A stretch of DNA of 64,000 nucleotides from Candidatus Rokuibacteriota bacterium (lineage in GTDB: Bacteria > Methylomirabilota > Methylomirabilia > Rokubacteriales > CSP1-6): positions 292-64,291 of the forward strand of contig QHSA01000130.1 in assembly GCA_003220315.1 (NCBI GenBank), read 5' to 3'. Numbering within the stretch: the stretch's first letter is position 1; each line of letters starts with the position of its first letter. Positions 54,818 through 64,000 of this stretch are shown one piece after another. The translations under genes and the position numbers were made by a program. The notes beneath the pieces are model-generated. The model saw nothing but the letters and a program-made list of their open reading frames with translations, was not told the DNA's origin and did no database searches.

Positions 54818-55327
54818 CTACGACTGCCCAGTCTTGGTCAGGAGGTAGGAGTTCATGCCCGTGTCAGGCGGTGAGCCGCTGATCATCGTGATCATCGTCG
54901 CGATCTCGCTCCGGTGGTGGGTGGCGTGGTTCGGCACGTGCTGGAGTAAGGGCCAGAGCGTGAGCCGGAAGGACTTGGTACCCTCCGTGTTCTTGTACTC
55001 GACCACCCGGTCGAGATCGGCCGACCTCAGCCCCTCGACGAAGGCCCCCTGCTCCCGCTCGAGGTCATCCCACGGCGCCCGGATCGAGGCGAGCGTCGGG
55101 AACTCGGCCCCGGGCAGCCTCGTCGGCGACAGCCCTTTCCAGCGCGAGAGCCAGACCCAGTCCGCGCCGTAGAGGTGCCCGAACATCCGCTTGACGGTCG
55201 GGAAGCTGAACTGGGTGCCCACCTCGCGCGACGCGAGGTCTTCGCCGAGCGCCGCCGCGACGTCGAACAGCCGCCGGTTCGCCCACCGATGATAGTCGTA
55301 GAGTCCCCGGATCGTCTCGACGCTCAT
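54818..55327 (-). CDS. DinB/YfiT-like (DinB_2) metal-dependent protein
   Basis: LYDYHRWANRRLF...HLYGADWVW...HVPNHATHHRSEI (His-triad pattern typical of DinB_2). Confidence 0.75.
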   Translation of the reverse strand: MSVETIRGLYDYHRWANRRLFDVAAALGEDLASREVGTQFSFPTVKRMFGHLYGADWVWLSRWKGLSPTRLPGAEFPTLASIRAPWDDLEREQGAFVEGLRSADLDRVVEYKNTEGTKSFRLTLWPLLQHVPNHATHHRSEIATMITMISGSPPDTGMNSYLLTKTGQS

Positions 55328-55337
55328 CGAGCCTTCC

Positions 55338-55553
55338 CTACTCCAGCACGGCGACGACGTCGCCCTCCTGGACGGTCTGACCCTCCTGGACCTTGATCTC
55401 CTTGACCGCGCCCGCCCGCGGTGCCTCTACGGGGATCTCCATCTTCATGGACTCGAGGACGATCACTGCGTCGCCGGCGGCAACCCGCTCGCCCGGCCTC
55501 GCGGCGATCTGGAACACGACCCCCGTGATGTGCGCCTTGATCTCCTCAGCCAT
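55338..55553 (-). CDS. Stand-alone biotinyl (biotin carboxyl carrier) domain protein, 71 aa
   Basis: ...AVIVLESMKMEIPVEAP... carries the biotinyl-lysine MKM motif; overlaps the biotin carboxylase stop. Confidence 0.8.
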   Translation of the reverse strand: MAEEIKAHITGVVFQIAARPGERVAAGDAVIVLESMKMEIPVEAPRAGAVKEIKVQEGQTVQEGDVVAVLE

Positions 55554-56893
55554 TGAACGCTCCTTGTTCGATCATCTGCGTGTGCACCCGTCCCACACGG
55601 AACGCGTCGCTCGCGAGGGGGCGACGGAGGAACGGCACCGTCGTTTTCACGCCCTCGACGCGCGCGCGCTCGAGCGCCGCCGCCATCCGCTCGATCGCCT
55701 CGGCGCGCGAGGCGCCGCGGGTGATGAGCTTGAACAGCAGCGGGTCGTCGTGGATCGGGACCGTGCTGCCCGCCTCGACGCCGGACTCGATCCGGATCCC
55801 CTCGCCCGAGGGCCGCTCGAGCCGTTCCACCCGGCCTGGCGAGGGCAGGAAACCTTTCGCTGGGTCCTCAGCATACACTCGGCACTCGATCGCGGCGTAG
55901 CGCGGCGCGATCTCCTCCTGGCGCCAGGGCAGCCGCTCGCCCGCGGCGACAAGGAGCTGCGCCACGACGAGGTCGAGCCCGGTCGCCTCCTCGGTCACCG
56001 GGTGCTCGACCTGAAGCCGCGTAGTCATCTCGAGGAAGTAGAAGCCGCCCGCCGTGTCCACGAGGAACTCCATCGTCCCCGCGTTGACGTAGTCGATCAC
56101 CCGTGCTCCCGCGACCGCCGCGCGCGCGAGGCCATCTTTGATCGTCGGCGCCAGATTCGGCGCCGGCGACTCCTCGACCAGCTTCTGGTGGCGACGCTGG
56201 ATCGAACAGTCGCGCTCGTGGAGATGGACGACGGTTCCCGCGCCGTCGCCGAACACCTGGATCTCGACGTGACGCGGGCGCTCGAGGTAGCGCTCGACGT
56301 AAACGTCGGGCCTACCGAACGCGGCCTGGGCGCGCCTGGTCGCCATGGCAAACGCCGTGGGCAGCTCCCCGGCCTTGTCCACCCGCGCCATGCCGATGCC
56401 TCCGCCGCCCGCCGCCGCCTTGAGCATGACCGGATATCCGATCTCGCAAGCCACCCGCTCGGCCTCGACGGCATGGGCCGTTGTCTCATGGCTCCCCGGC
56501 ACCACCGGCACTCCGGCGGCGGCCATGAGCCGCCGCGCCTCGGTCTCGTCGCCCATCCGGCGGATCGCGTCGGGTGACGGGCCGACGAAGGTCAGGCCCG
56601 CGCGCTGACACGCTTCGGCGAATCGCCAGTTCTTGGACAGGAAACCGTATCCGGGATGAACCGTATCGGCGTGGCTCGCGCGCGCCTGCCTCGAGGATCC
56701 GGTCAATGCTGAGATGGCTCTCGCGAGCCGGCGCCGGGCCGATCGCCATGGCCCGATCGGCGTCCCTGACATGGAGCGACTCGCCGTCGGCCTCGGAGAA
56801 GACGGCGACGGTCCCGAGGCCCAGCCGCCGGCAGGCGCGGAACACGCGCCGTGCGATCTCCCCCCGATTCGCAACCAGGACGGTACGAATCAA
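55546..56893 (-). pseudogene. Biotin carboxylase (AccC-like) interrupted by a +1 frameshift at a GCGCGCGCG run near 56672-56685; could be a sequencing error
   Basis: The N-terminus [21 protein letters not shown]...[33 protein letters not shown] lies in the frame of ORF 56486..57136. The remainder ([20 protein letters not shown]...EMTTRLQVEHPVTE...) lies in the frame of ORF 55546..56874. The span from the coupled TTG start to the stop is 1348 nt, not a multiple of 3. Confidence 0.7.
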
Positions 56894-57876
56894 TGACGCG
56901 GAAGAGCGGGTCGAAGCACCTCGATCCGGCCGACGTCGAGCAAGGCAACGCGCCAGCCGTCCGGCCCCGGCGCCCACCGGGCGAGGACCGTGACCGCGGC
57001 GTCGGGCCCCTCGAGCCGCCACTTCACGAGGCGCTGGTGCCCGAGCCTCGCAAAGGCGACGAGACGCTGGCTCGTCAGCGTCGCCCCGGTGAGCGCGTCG
57101 CGCGCGGGGTCGGGCGAGACGCCAGCCGCGAGCCAATGAGCGACCGCCGCCAGATTCCGTGCGCGCAGCGATTCGCCGAAGGAGTCGAGGGCCTCGCGCA
57201 GGTCCTCCGGCATCGGCCAGCTCGCCACGGGCCTCTCGAGCCGGACGAACTCGCGCGCGTCGTCGCTCGTTTCGATCGGCGTCTGGGCGGTGTCGGGTGG
57301 AGCCGGCGGTAACCCCTCGCCCGTCACCCCACCAGCCGCCTCGACCAACGCCTCGAGCCTTCGCTGCCAGGCGAGCACACGCTCCGCGAGCGCCGGGGCG
57401 CAGAGATGGCCGAGGACGGTTTCGCCGGCCGCGATGTGCCGCCGCTCATCGTCAATGCATCGCAGGAGAAGGCGACGCGTCGGCGGCTCGTAGACCGGGT
57501 TGGCCCGGACCAGATGATCGTGGTAACTCGACAGGAGGTGTGGCTTGAGGACCCGGTAAACACCGACCAGCCGCTCGACGGTCTGCCCGGGCGCCGCCGG
57601 CTCCTCGACGGCGTCCATGAAGGCGACGACCCGCTCGCTCGCCGGCTCCGAGACCTGGGTGTGGGCGCGCAGCTCGGGCAGGCGCCTGCCGAACGCGTCC
57701 GCCTGCTGGGCGAGGTCCCAGACGTGACGCCCCATCAGAAGCTTCGCGGAGAGCTCGGGCGTGAGAGCAATCCAGCCGCCCAGGGCCCGCATCGCCCGCT
57801 CGACGGCGTAGCGATAGTTGCGCATCAGGCGGGCGGAGTGGTCGACCGAGAAGTGGCCCGCGAGCGGGTGCGCCAC
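56890..57876 (-). CDS. Hypothetical protein, possible di-iron / haem-oxygenase-like oxidase (ExxH motif IDDERRH)
   Basis: 328 aa of protein-like composition; its stop overlaps the biotin carboxylase TTG start (TTGA). I cannot place the family from memory. Confidence 0.5.
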   Translation of the reverse strand: MAHPLAGHFSVDHSARLMRNYRYAVERAMRALGGWIALTPELSAKLLMGRHVWDLAQQADAFGRRLPELRAHTQVSEPASERVVAFMDAVEEPAAPGQTVERLVGVYRVLKPHLLSSYHDHLVRANPVYEPPTRRLLLRCIDDERRHIAAGETVLGHLCAPALAERVLAWQRRLEALVEAAGGVTGEGLPPAPPDTAQTPIETSDDAREFVRLERPVASWPMPEDLREALDSFGESLRARNLAAVAHWLAAGVSPDPARDALTGATLTSQRLVAFARLGHQRLVKWRLEGPDAAVTVLARWAPGPDGWRVALLDVGRIEVLRPALPRH

Positions 57877-57879
57877 GCG

Positions 57880-58635
57880 CTAGTAGACCTGCGACCGTTG
57901 GGTCGTCCTGACGAGGCGCTCGATCTCCTCTTCGGTGAAGCCGGCCATGCGCCGGACGTCCGTCGCGATGGAGATCGACACGGCCTCGTGGTCCCCTTCC
58001 CGCCGGACCCCGCCGAGGTTGAAGCGCTCATCGATGGTTTCCTGAAACTCGATCGCCTTGCGCCGGCGCTCGGGATCCCCCTCGGTGAGCTTCGTGAGCC
58101 ACTTGGACCCCATCCGGACGTGGGTGATCTCATCGGCGAGGACGAACTCGACGGCGCGCTCGAGGATCGGGTCGCCGATCTTCCGCGCGATGTGGACGAG
58201 CTGGTTGAAGACGTCGCACGCGAGCCCCTCGAGCCCGCGGTTGACGCCGGCCACGCGCGCGGCGGCGTCCTCGGCGCAGGCGCAGCGCCAGAGGATCGTG
58301 GTCTCGGGGAACTCGCCGGGATACCCGCCCAGATGCTCGAGGAGGCGCAGGTAGATCTCGACGTGGCGCGACTCGTCCCAGACCTGGCGCGCCATGTCCA
58401 TCGTGAACTCCCATGGCACGTCGGGGAAGTCGCAGACGGTCCGCCCCGCGCCCTCCATCGCCTGCATCTCACCCACGAGGATCCCGTGGACGCGCTCCCG
58501 GATCGAGTCCGGGGTCGAGAGATCGGCGAACGGCGGGAACCCCTGCGCGACCTTCAGCTCCGCGACCTCGCGGGCGCGCATCCGTATCCACCGGTCTTCC
58601 CGCGCGAGCTTGTCGTAGGCGATCGGGCGCTCCAT
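57880..58635 (-). CDS. Ferritin-like di-iron carboxylate protein (DUF455-like)
   Basis: Two E...ExxH motifs (WDESRHVEIY and ADEITHVRMG) in a ~250-aa protein. Confidence 0.6.
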   Translation of the reverse strand: MERPIAYDKLAREDRWIRMRAREVAELKVAQGFPPFADLSTPDSIRERVHGILVGEMQAMEGAGRTVCDFPDVPWEFTMDMARQVWDESRHVEIYLRLLEHLGGYPGEFPETTILWRCACAEDAAARVAGVNRGLEGLACDVFNQLVHIARKIGDPILERAVEFVLADEITHVRMGSKWLTKLTEGDPERRRKAIEFQETIDERFNLGGVRREGDHEAVSISIATDVRRMAGFTEEEIERLVRTTQRSQVY

Positions 58636-58724
58636 CGGAACTCTCCCCGCGAGAAATGAATCGCTGTTCAGCGAGTCTACCCGAAGCGGCCGGCCGATGG
58701 CAAACCGGTACCCCTGGGTACGGA

Positions 58725-59681
58725 CTACCCGTGGAAGGTCTGACGCCCCTCGCTACGGTTCCACAGGCGGATCAGGTGGCGCTTGAGATGGGGCTCTCCG
58801 GCGTCCTGGAACGCGGTACGGCTGTGGGCGACCGACAGGTTGTCGAGGTACTGGATCTGGCCTCGCTCGACGGTGAACTCGACGCGGAGCTCGGGCGATT
58901 CGGCGATGGCGCGCATTGCGACCAGGGCCTCTCTCCCCTCGGGGTCCAGCGGCGTGCCGGTCAGCGCCTCGGCATTCACGACCAGCGCCTCGTTGTGGCG
59001 GGCCACGAGGTCGCGGCCATCAGAGCGGAACATCGCCCGCCAAGCGACCTTGTCGTCACCAGGCGCGTGCTCGGCCTGCCGGTCCCAGGGGAACGGACGA
59101 TAGAACCGTGGGAGGAGGTCGGGATGCCGGCGCTGCAGCTCGTTATGCACGGTGGCGAGGCTGACGACCTGGCTCACCCCGCCCTCACGCGCTGGATTCA
59201 GACAGTAGAGCCCGACCCGCTCGGGAGGCAGGGCGAGCCACGGAGCGTCGGTATGGAACTGGAGCTCCAGGTTGGTCACGGAGCGGCGCACCCCGTATTC
59301 GAGCGGCTTCCCCGTGTCCCTGACGTCGTAGATCATCGTGCCGTCCCATTTTTGCGCGACCGGCCGGCCGAGCAGCGACCCCAGCAGCCAGTAGAGTGCG
59401 CGATTCTCCTCCACCGAGAAGCGCTCCACCGGGATGCGGTCGACCACGGCGAGGCCGACGCCGCGGCGCAGTTTGTGATCCACGGCGGTCATGACCGATG
59501 CGCAGGCGGACAGGGCGAACTGCGTCGGCGCGAGGAGCAGGAGCGGGAGCGGATCCCGGCGAAGCTCGCGGAGCGCTCCCTCCAGCTCGTCGAGAGCGTC
59601 CGGCGGGAAGGGCACCATCCAGTCGGACTCCGAGATCGTGCCCCGCATCCAGGCACGGTGGCCACGAATCTCGGGAGCGAG
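58725..59681 (-). CDS. TauD/TfdA-family Fe(II)/2-oxoglutarate-dependent dioxygenase
   Basis: LQFHTDAPW (HxD facial-triad) plus a distal His; GTG start after a GGAGA SD (alternative ATG at 59648). Confidence 0.8.
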   Translation of the reverse strand, partial: LAPEIRGHRAWMRGTISESDWMVPFPPDALDELEGALRELRRDPLPLLLLAPTQFALSACASVMTAVDHKLRRGVGLAVVDRIPVERFSVEENRALYWLLGSLLGRPVAQKWDGTMIYDVRDTGKPLEYGVRRSVTNLELQFHTDAPWLALPPERVGLYCLNPAREGGVSQVVSLATVHNELQRRHPDLLPRFYRPFPWDRQAEHAPGDDKVAWRAMFRSDGRDLVARHNEALVVNAEALTGTPLDPEGREALVAMRAIAESPELRVEFTVERGQIQYLDNLSVAHSRTAFQDAGEPHLKRHLIRLWNRSEGRQTFHG

Positions 59682-59734
59682 CACGACGGTCTCCAGCGGT
59701 CGCCTCGGCGCTATACGTCGCTCCTCGCGAGCGA

Positions 59735-60928
59735 TTAGGTGGACGGGATTATATCGCCCTTGCGCGGCAGGAGGGTCGCGGGGATCACGGCGCCCTCGCC
59801 GAAGCGCGCCGTGAGTCGGTCGATCACCCGCGCGAGCCGCTCGCGGCGCACGGCGTGGGGATCGAAGAGCCCGAGCTGGCCCACTCCCGCGGGTCCGAGA
59901 CGCCCGGCCGAGATGCCGATGAGGCGCACCGGGCGCGTCACCCGCTCGCGCTCCAGGAGTCCGCGCGCCCGGCGGTAGAGCTCGAGCCCGTCCTGCGTCG
60001 GCGCCCCGGTAGCGCTCCGGGTGTGCGTCTCGAAGGGCGCCAGCCGGAGCTTGAGCGTGACGCACGCCGCCGCGAAGCCCCCTTCCCGCAGCTCGGCGGC
60101 GACCCGCTCTGCCTGGGATCGAAGCGTCGTCCGGAGGAGGTCGGGGTCCGTCGAGTCAGTGCCGAAGGTTTCCTCGGCACCGACCGATTTCGGAAGACCG
60201 AAGGGCTCGACAGGTCGGGCGTCACGACCGAGGGCGAGGTCGTGCAGGTGCTCGCCGTGCTTCCCGAAGCGTCTGGCCAGCACGGAGCGCGGGACACTCT
60301 GGAGCCGGCCGATCGTGGTGAGGCCGAGCTCTCGGAGGGCCTTCGCCGTCACACGCCCGACACCCCAGATCAGCTCGACCGGGAGCGGGGCGAGAAAGCG
60401 GGCCTCCCCGCCCGCCGCGACCGCGACGAGGCCGTCAGGCTTCTCGAGCTCGGAGGCGACCTTCGCGACGAACTTGTTCGACGCGAGACCGGCCGAGGCG
60501 GTGAGGCACGTCTCCTCTCGGATCCGCCGCTTGATCGCGCGCACGGCGTCGAGTGCACTCCCGAAGAGCCCCTCGGTCCCGGTGAGATCCACAAACGCCT
60601 CGTCGACCGACACGGGCTCGACGAGCGGCGAGAAGTCGGCGAGCATGCCCATGACCTGCACGGAGACGGCCCGGTACTTCGCCATGTCCACCGGGAGGAA
60701 GGCGGCGTGGGCGCAGAGCCTGGCGGCGCGGGAGATCGGCATCGCCGAGCGCACCCCGAATCGGCGCGCTTCGTACGACGCCGCCGAGACCACGCCGCGC
60801 CCCTTCGGGTCGGCGCCCACGATGACCGGCCGTCCCCGCAATTCGGGCCTGTCGCGCTGCTCGATCGACGCGTAGAACGCGTCCATGTCGACATGCGCGA
60901 TCGCGCGAGGCGTATCTGGCCGGGCCAC
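59735..60928 (-). CDS. dinB: DNA polymerase IV
   Basis: IAHVDMDAFYASIEQRDRPELRGRPVIVG... (Y-family polymerase N-terminus). Confidence 0.9.
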   Translation of the reverse strand: MARPDTPRAIAHVDMDAFYASIEQRDRPELRGRPVIVGADPKGRGVVSAASYEARRFGVRSAMPISRAARLCAHAAFLPVDMAKYRAVSVQVMGMLADFSPLVEPVSVDEAFVDLTGTEGLFGSALDAVRAIKRRIREETCLTASAGLASNKFVAKVASELEKPDGLVAVAAGGEARFLAPLPVELIWGVGRVTAKALRELGLTTIGRLQSVPRSVLARRFGKHGEHLHDLALGRDARPVEPFGLPKSVGAEETFGTDSTDPDLLRTTLRSQAERVAAELREGGFAAACVTLKLRLAPFETHTRSATGAPTQDGLELYRRARGLLERERVTRPVRLIGISAGRLGPAGVGQLGLFDPHAVRRERLARVIDRLTARFGEGAVIPATLLPRKGDIIPST

Positions 60929-60932
60929 GGCG

Positions 60933-61496
60933 TCACGCCCGGGCGAGGCCGATGTCCGGGGCGACGGCGGTCAGCGCGCCGATGACGAAGGCGATGTGCG
61001 CGTCGAGATCGACGCCGAGCTCGGCGGCGCCGCGGTAGACGTCGTCGCGGTTCACGGTGCGCGCGAACGCCTTGTCCTTGAGCTTCTTCCTGACCGACGG
61101 CGGCTCGAGCCCGGTGATGGTGCGACCGGGGCGCACGAGCGCCACCGCGTGGACGAAACCCGACAGCTCGTCGCACGCGTACAGGGCCCGGTCGAGGAGT
61201 GAGACGCGCGGCATCCCGGAATAGTCGGCGTGGGCCAGGACCGCGTACACGATCCGCTGCGGTACGCCGCGCGCCAGGAGAATCTCGGCGCCCTTCACGG
61301 GATGGTGCGGGGCGCGCGGGTGCATCTCGTAGTCGAAGTCGTGGAGCGTGCCCGCCGCACCCCACGTGTCTGGATCCTCGCCGTACTTCGCCGCGTAGGT
61401 GCGCATCGAGGCCTCGACGGCGCGGGCGTGCTTGCGGAGGCTATCGCTCTTCGTGAACTCGGTGAGGATCGACCAGGCGAGCTCGCGCGGGATCAC
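60933..61496 (-). CDS. HD-domain metal-dependent phosphohydrolase
   Basis: ...GTLHDFDYEMHPRAPHHP...; GTG start overlapping the HTH gene stop (GTGA); the ATG given in the track at 61523 is the alternative. Confidence 0.7.
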   Translation of the reverse strand: MIPRELAWSILTEFTKSDSLRKHARAVEASMRTYAAKYGEDPDTWGAAGTLHDFDYEMHPRAPHHPVKGAEILLARGVPQRIVYAVLAHADYSGMPRVSLLDRALYACDELSGFVHAVALVRPGRTITGLEPPSVRKKLKDKAFARTVNRDDVYRGAAELGVDLDAHIAFVIGALTAVAPDIGLARA

Positions 61497-61672
61497 GTCC
61501 GCCGCTGCTGCTGGCTCCGCCACTTGTCGATCGACTTCTTCGAGAAGACCCAGCGTCCCTCGAGCTGGAGCGACGGAATGCGGCGCTCCGTCGCCAGGCG
61601 CACGAGGGTAGTCTCGTCCATGGCGAGGTAGGTCGAGGCTTCCTTGAGGCTCAGGACGTCCTTCGGAGTCAC
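61493..61672 (-). CDS. Small (59 aa) excisionase-family HTH DNA-binding protein
   Basis: [54 protein letters not shown]; GTG overlaps the cysE stop (GTGA) and is preceded by GGAGGAGGAG. Below the track's length cut-off. Confidence 0.55.
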   Translation of the reverse strand: MTPKDVLSLKEASTYLAMDETTLVRLATERRIPSLQLEGRWVFSKKSIDKWRSQQQRRT

Positions 61673-62331
61673 CGGCGCTCCTCCTCCGTCTTCTTACGCA
61701 GCGTCTCGAGCTCGGCTTCCAGCACGCGGATCCGCTCGACGAGCTGCTCGATCGCCTTGCTCACCGGGTCCGGGAGGTCCGTCTGGTTCAGGTCGATTTC
61801 CCCGGCCACCCGCTGACCGTCACGGTATGTTACCCGGCCCGGAACACCCACCACAACGGAGTTCGGCGGCACTTCGCGAACGACCACGGACCCGGCGCCG
61901 ATGCGGCTGCCGTCGCCGATCCTGAACGCGCCGATGACCTTGGCGCCGGCACCGACGACGACGTTGTCGCCGAGGGTCGGGTGGCGCTTCTCACGCTTGA
62001 GACTTGTCCCGCCCAGTGTCACGCCCTGGAGCAACGTGACGTTCGCGCCCACCTCAGCGGTCTCCCCGATCACGACGCCCATGCCGTGGTCAATGAAGAG
62101 ACCGGGACCGATCGTCGCCGCCGGGTGGATCTCGATGCCGGTGATGAACCGCGCGACGTGCGAGATGAGGCGCGCCGTCGTGAGCCACCCGTGATCCCAG
62201 AGCCAGCGGGCCCGCCGGTGGAAGACGAGGGCATGCACGCCCGGATAGCACAGCAGCACTTCGAGCGCCGACCGGGCGGCCGGGTCACGCTCGCGCACCG
62301 CCCGGATGTCGCGGCGGAGCGCGTCAAACAC
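61669..62331 (-). CDS. cysE: Serine O-acetyltransferase
   Basis: ...[28 protein letters not shown]... (hexapeptide repeats). Confidence 0.9.
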   Translation of the reverse strand: MFDALRRDIRAVRERDPAARSALEVLLCYPGVHALVFHRRARWLWDHGWLTTARLISHVARFITGIEIHPAATIGPGLFIDHGMGVVIGETAEVGANVTLLQGVTLGGTSLKREKRHPTLGDNVVVGAGAKVIGAFRIGDGSRIGAGSVVVREVPPNSVVVGVPGRVTYRDGQRVAGEIDLNQTDLPDPVSKAIEQLVERIRVLEAELETLRKKTEEERR

Positions 62332-62704
62332 CGCGTCGTCCTCGGCTCAGGTGGTCGCGGGCCGCGGCCCGGAGCGCTCCCGCCACGATCTCGGCAGAGT
62401 GCTTGCGGTCCTCGGGCAGCCACTCGAGCGCCCCCTCGACCTCCTCCGCCTTGAGCTGGCAGAGATCGTCCACGGTTCGCCCCCGGCAGAGCTCGCTCGC
62501 GGCGCTCGCGGCCGCGATCGTGGGGCCGCACCCGTACGTCTGGAAGCGCACCTCGACCGCCCGGTCGTGTTGCACCCGCAGGAAGAAACGCGCGAGGTCG
62601 CCGCAGCCGACGTACTCGTCCTCGCCGACCCCGTCGGGGTCACGCATGAGGCCCGCGTTGCGCGGGTTGAGGAAATGGTCCACGAGCGTCGGGCTGTACC
62701 TCAT
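62324..62704 (-). CDS. Fe-S cluster assembly scaffold (IscU/NifU N-terminal-type)
   Basis: [18 protein letters not shown]...GCGDLARF...[14 protein letters not shown]; ATG overlaps the nifS stop. Confidence 0.85.
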   Translation of the reverse strand: MRYSPTLVDHFLNPRNAGLMRDPDGVGEDEYVGCGDLARFFLRVQHDRAVEVRFQTYGCGPTIAAASAASELCRGRTVDDLCQLKAEEVEGALEWLPEDRKHSAEIVAGALRAAARDHLSRGRRGV

Positions 62705-63870
62705 GCGGCGCCGACCGGCATCACTTGCCGCAGCTTCCGCACCAGCGGCTCCACGCACTCGATCACGTAGTCGATGTCCTCCGCCGTCGTCGTGCGCCCA
62801 AGCGAGCAACGCACGGCGCCCATCGCCCAGTCGAGCGGGACGCCCATCGCCACGAGCACGTGCGAGGGCTCCACGTTGCCCGCCGTGCACGCCGACCCCG
62901 CCGACACCCCGATGCCCTTGAGGTCCAGCCCGAGGACGATGGATTCCGACTCGACGTGCCGGAAGAGGAAGCTCGCCGTCCCGGGCAGCCGCTCGACGGG
63001 GTGGCCGGAGAGCCGCACGTCCGGCACGGGGCCGACAACACCGTCGATCAGGCGGCTCCGCAGCGCGGTGAGGCCCTCGGCCTCGGCGTGCATGTCGCGC
63101 GCCCGCACGTCCACCGCCTTGCCGAGGCCGACGACGCCCGCCACGTTCTCGGTGCCCGCGCGCCGCCGCCGCTCGTGCTCGCCGCCGTGCTGGATCGCGA
63201 CCATGCGGGTGCCCTTGCGGACGTAGAGGCCGGCGACGCCCTTCGGGCCGTAGATCTTATGGCTCGAGAACGACAGCGCGTCGATCCCGAGGGCGTCGAC
63301 GTCGAGCGGGATCTTGCCAAAGGTCTGCACGGCGTCGACGTGGAGCGGAACCCCGTGCTCGCGCGCGACCTGCCCGATCGCGGTGATCGGCTGGAGCGTC
63401 CCCACCTCGCTGTTGGCGTGCATGAGGCTGATCGCGATCGTGTCGGACCGGATCGCACGGCGGACGTCGTCGGGGTCGACCATCCCGTACGCGTCGACGC
63501 CGACGTAGGTGACGTCGAACCCCTGTGCCTCGAGCGCCTGGCACGTGCGGAGCACGGCGTGGTGCTCGACCTTCGACGTGATCAGATGCCCCGTGCCACG
63601 CGCGTACGCGAGCCCCTTCACCGCAAAGTTGTCCGACTCGGTCCCGCCCGAGGTGAACACGATCTCCTGCGGCGAGACACGGAGGAAGCGCGCCACGCGT
63701 TCGCGCGCGCGGTCGAGGCCGTCCCGCGCCTCGCGGCCGAAGGCGTGGATGCTCGACGGGTTGCCGAAGACCTCGGCGAAGTACGGAAGCATCTCGGCGA
63801 GGACCTCCGGGTGGACCGGAGTGGACGCGTTGTGATCGAGGTACACGCGGTTCATTCGGTTGCTCTCCAT
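62701..63870 (-). CDS. Cysteine desulfurase (NifS/IscS)
   Basis: ...SFSSHKIYGPKGVAGLYVR (PLP-Lys) ...SAGSACTAG (active-site Cys loop). Confidence 0.9.
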   Translation of the reverse strand: MESNRMNRVYLDHNASTPVHPEVLAEMLPYFAEVFGNPSSIHAFGREARDGLDRARERVARFLRVSPQEIVFTSGGTESDNFAVKGLAYARGTGHLITSKVEHHAVLRTCQALEAQGFDVTYVGVDAYGMVDPDDVRRAIRSDTIAISLMHANSEVGTLQPITAIGQVAREHGVPLHVDAVQTFGKIPLDVDALGIDALSFSSHKIYGPKGVAGLYVRKGTRMVAIQHGGEHERRRRAGTENVAGVVGLGKAVDVRARDMHAEAEGLTALRSRLIDGVVGPVPDVRLSGHPVERLPGTASFLFRHVESESIVLGLDLKGIGVSAGSACTAGNVEPSHVLVAMGVPLDWAMGAVRCSLGRTTTAEDIDYVIECVEPLVRKLRQVMPVGAA

Positions 63871-63897
63871 TTTCTACGATGCTACGCTCGATGCGCG

Positions 63898-64000
63898 ATG
63901 GATCTCACGAAGAAGAAACTCGGCGTGCTCCTGTCCACGGGGCTCGAGCACCCCAACCTCGAGACCGCCGTCGGGCTCACGCAGACGGCGCTCGACCGAG
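63898..64000 (+). CDS. Partial ORF (N-terminus only), possibly a DsrE/DsrF-like protein
   Basis: ATG then MDLTKKKLGVLLSTGLEHPNLETAVGLTQTALDR...; truncated by the window; weak family guess. Confidence 0.25.
   Translation, partial: MDLTKKKLGVLLSTGLEHPNLETAVGLTQTALDR

Overview
This is a very GC-rich (~70%) bacterial chromosomal segment, densely packed with conserved housekeeping genes, almost all on the minus strand. Genes are tightly translationally coupled: many have GTG or TTG starts that overlap the upstream stop as GTGA, ATGA or TTGA. Recognisable blocks, in window order, are as follows. (1) A B12-binding radical-SAM gene (5' part only), then nrdR, glyA, rpiB, a secreted beta-lactamase-family hydrolase, thiI, mobA and tsaC. 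(2) A complete purine operon purB-purC-purS-purQ-purL-purF-purM-purN-purH-[MerR/TPR gene]-purD-purE. (3) An M16 peptidase, pnp, rpsO, ribF, truB, nrnA-like, rbfA, a DUF503 gene, infB, ylxR, nusA and rimP. (4) proS, a 2Fe-2S ferredoxin, ispG, rseP, dxr, uppS, frr, pyrH, tsf and rpsB. (5) argJ, argC, rpsI, rplM and nth. (6) A coupled glycosylation-like module: a GT-C (ArnT/PMT-like) membrane transferase, a methyltransferase, an aminotransferase and a GT2 gene, followed by an ACT-domain malic enzyme. (7) rpoD, the only large plus-strand gene. (8) An unusual coupled operon: DinB_2-family gene, biotinyl-carrier gene, frameshifted biotin carboxylase, unknown ExxH protein, DUF455 ferritin-like protein and TauD-like dioxygenase. 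Upstream of it lie dinB (Pol IV), an HD-domain gene, a small HTH gene, cysE, iscU and nifS. Features the gene list does not explain: a tiny poly-lysine ORF (MKKKAAKKKKK) with a textbook sigma70 promoter, Shine-Dalgarno site and terminator hairpin; two families of dispersed GC-rich intergenic repeats, some of which supply stop codons or C-terminal tails to the adjacent genes; and a +1 frameshift in the biotin carboxylase gene. Coordinates come from the supplied ORF track with starts trimmed by me, and may be off by 1-3 nt where I read the sequence by eye. Nothing was searched or computed against databases; all family calls are from memory of conserved motifs.
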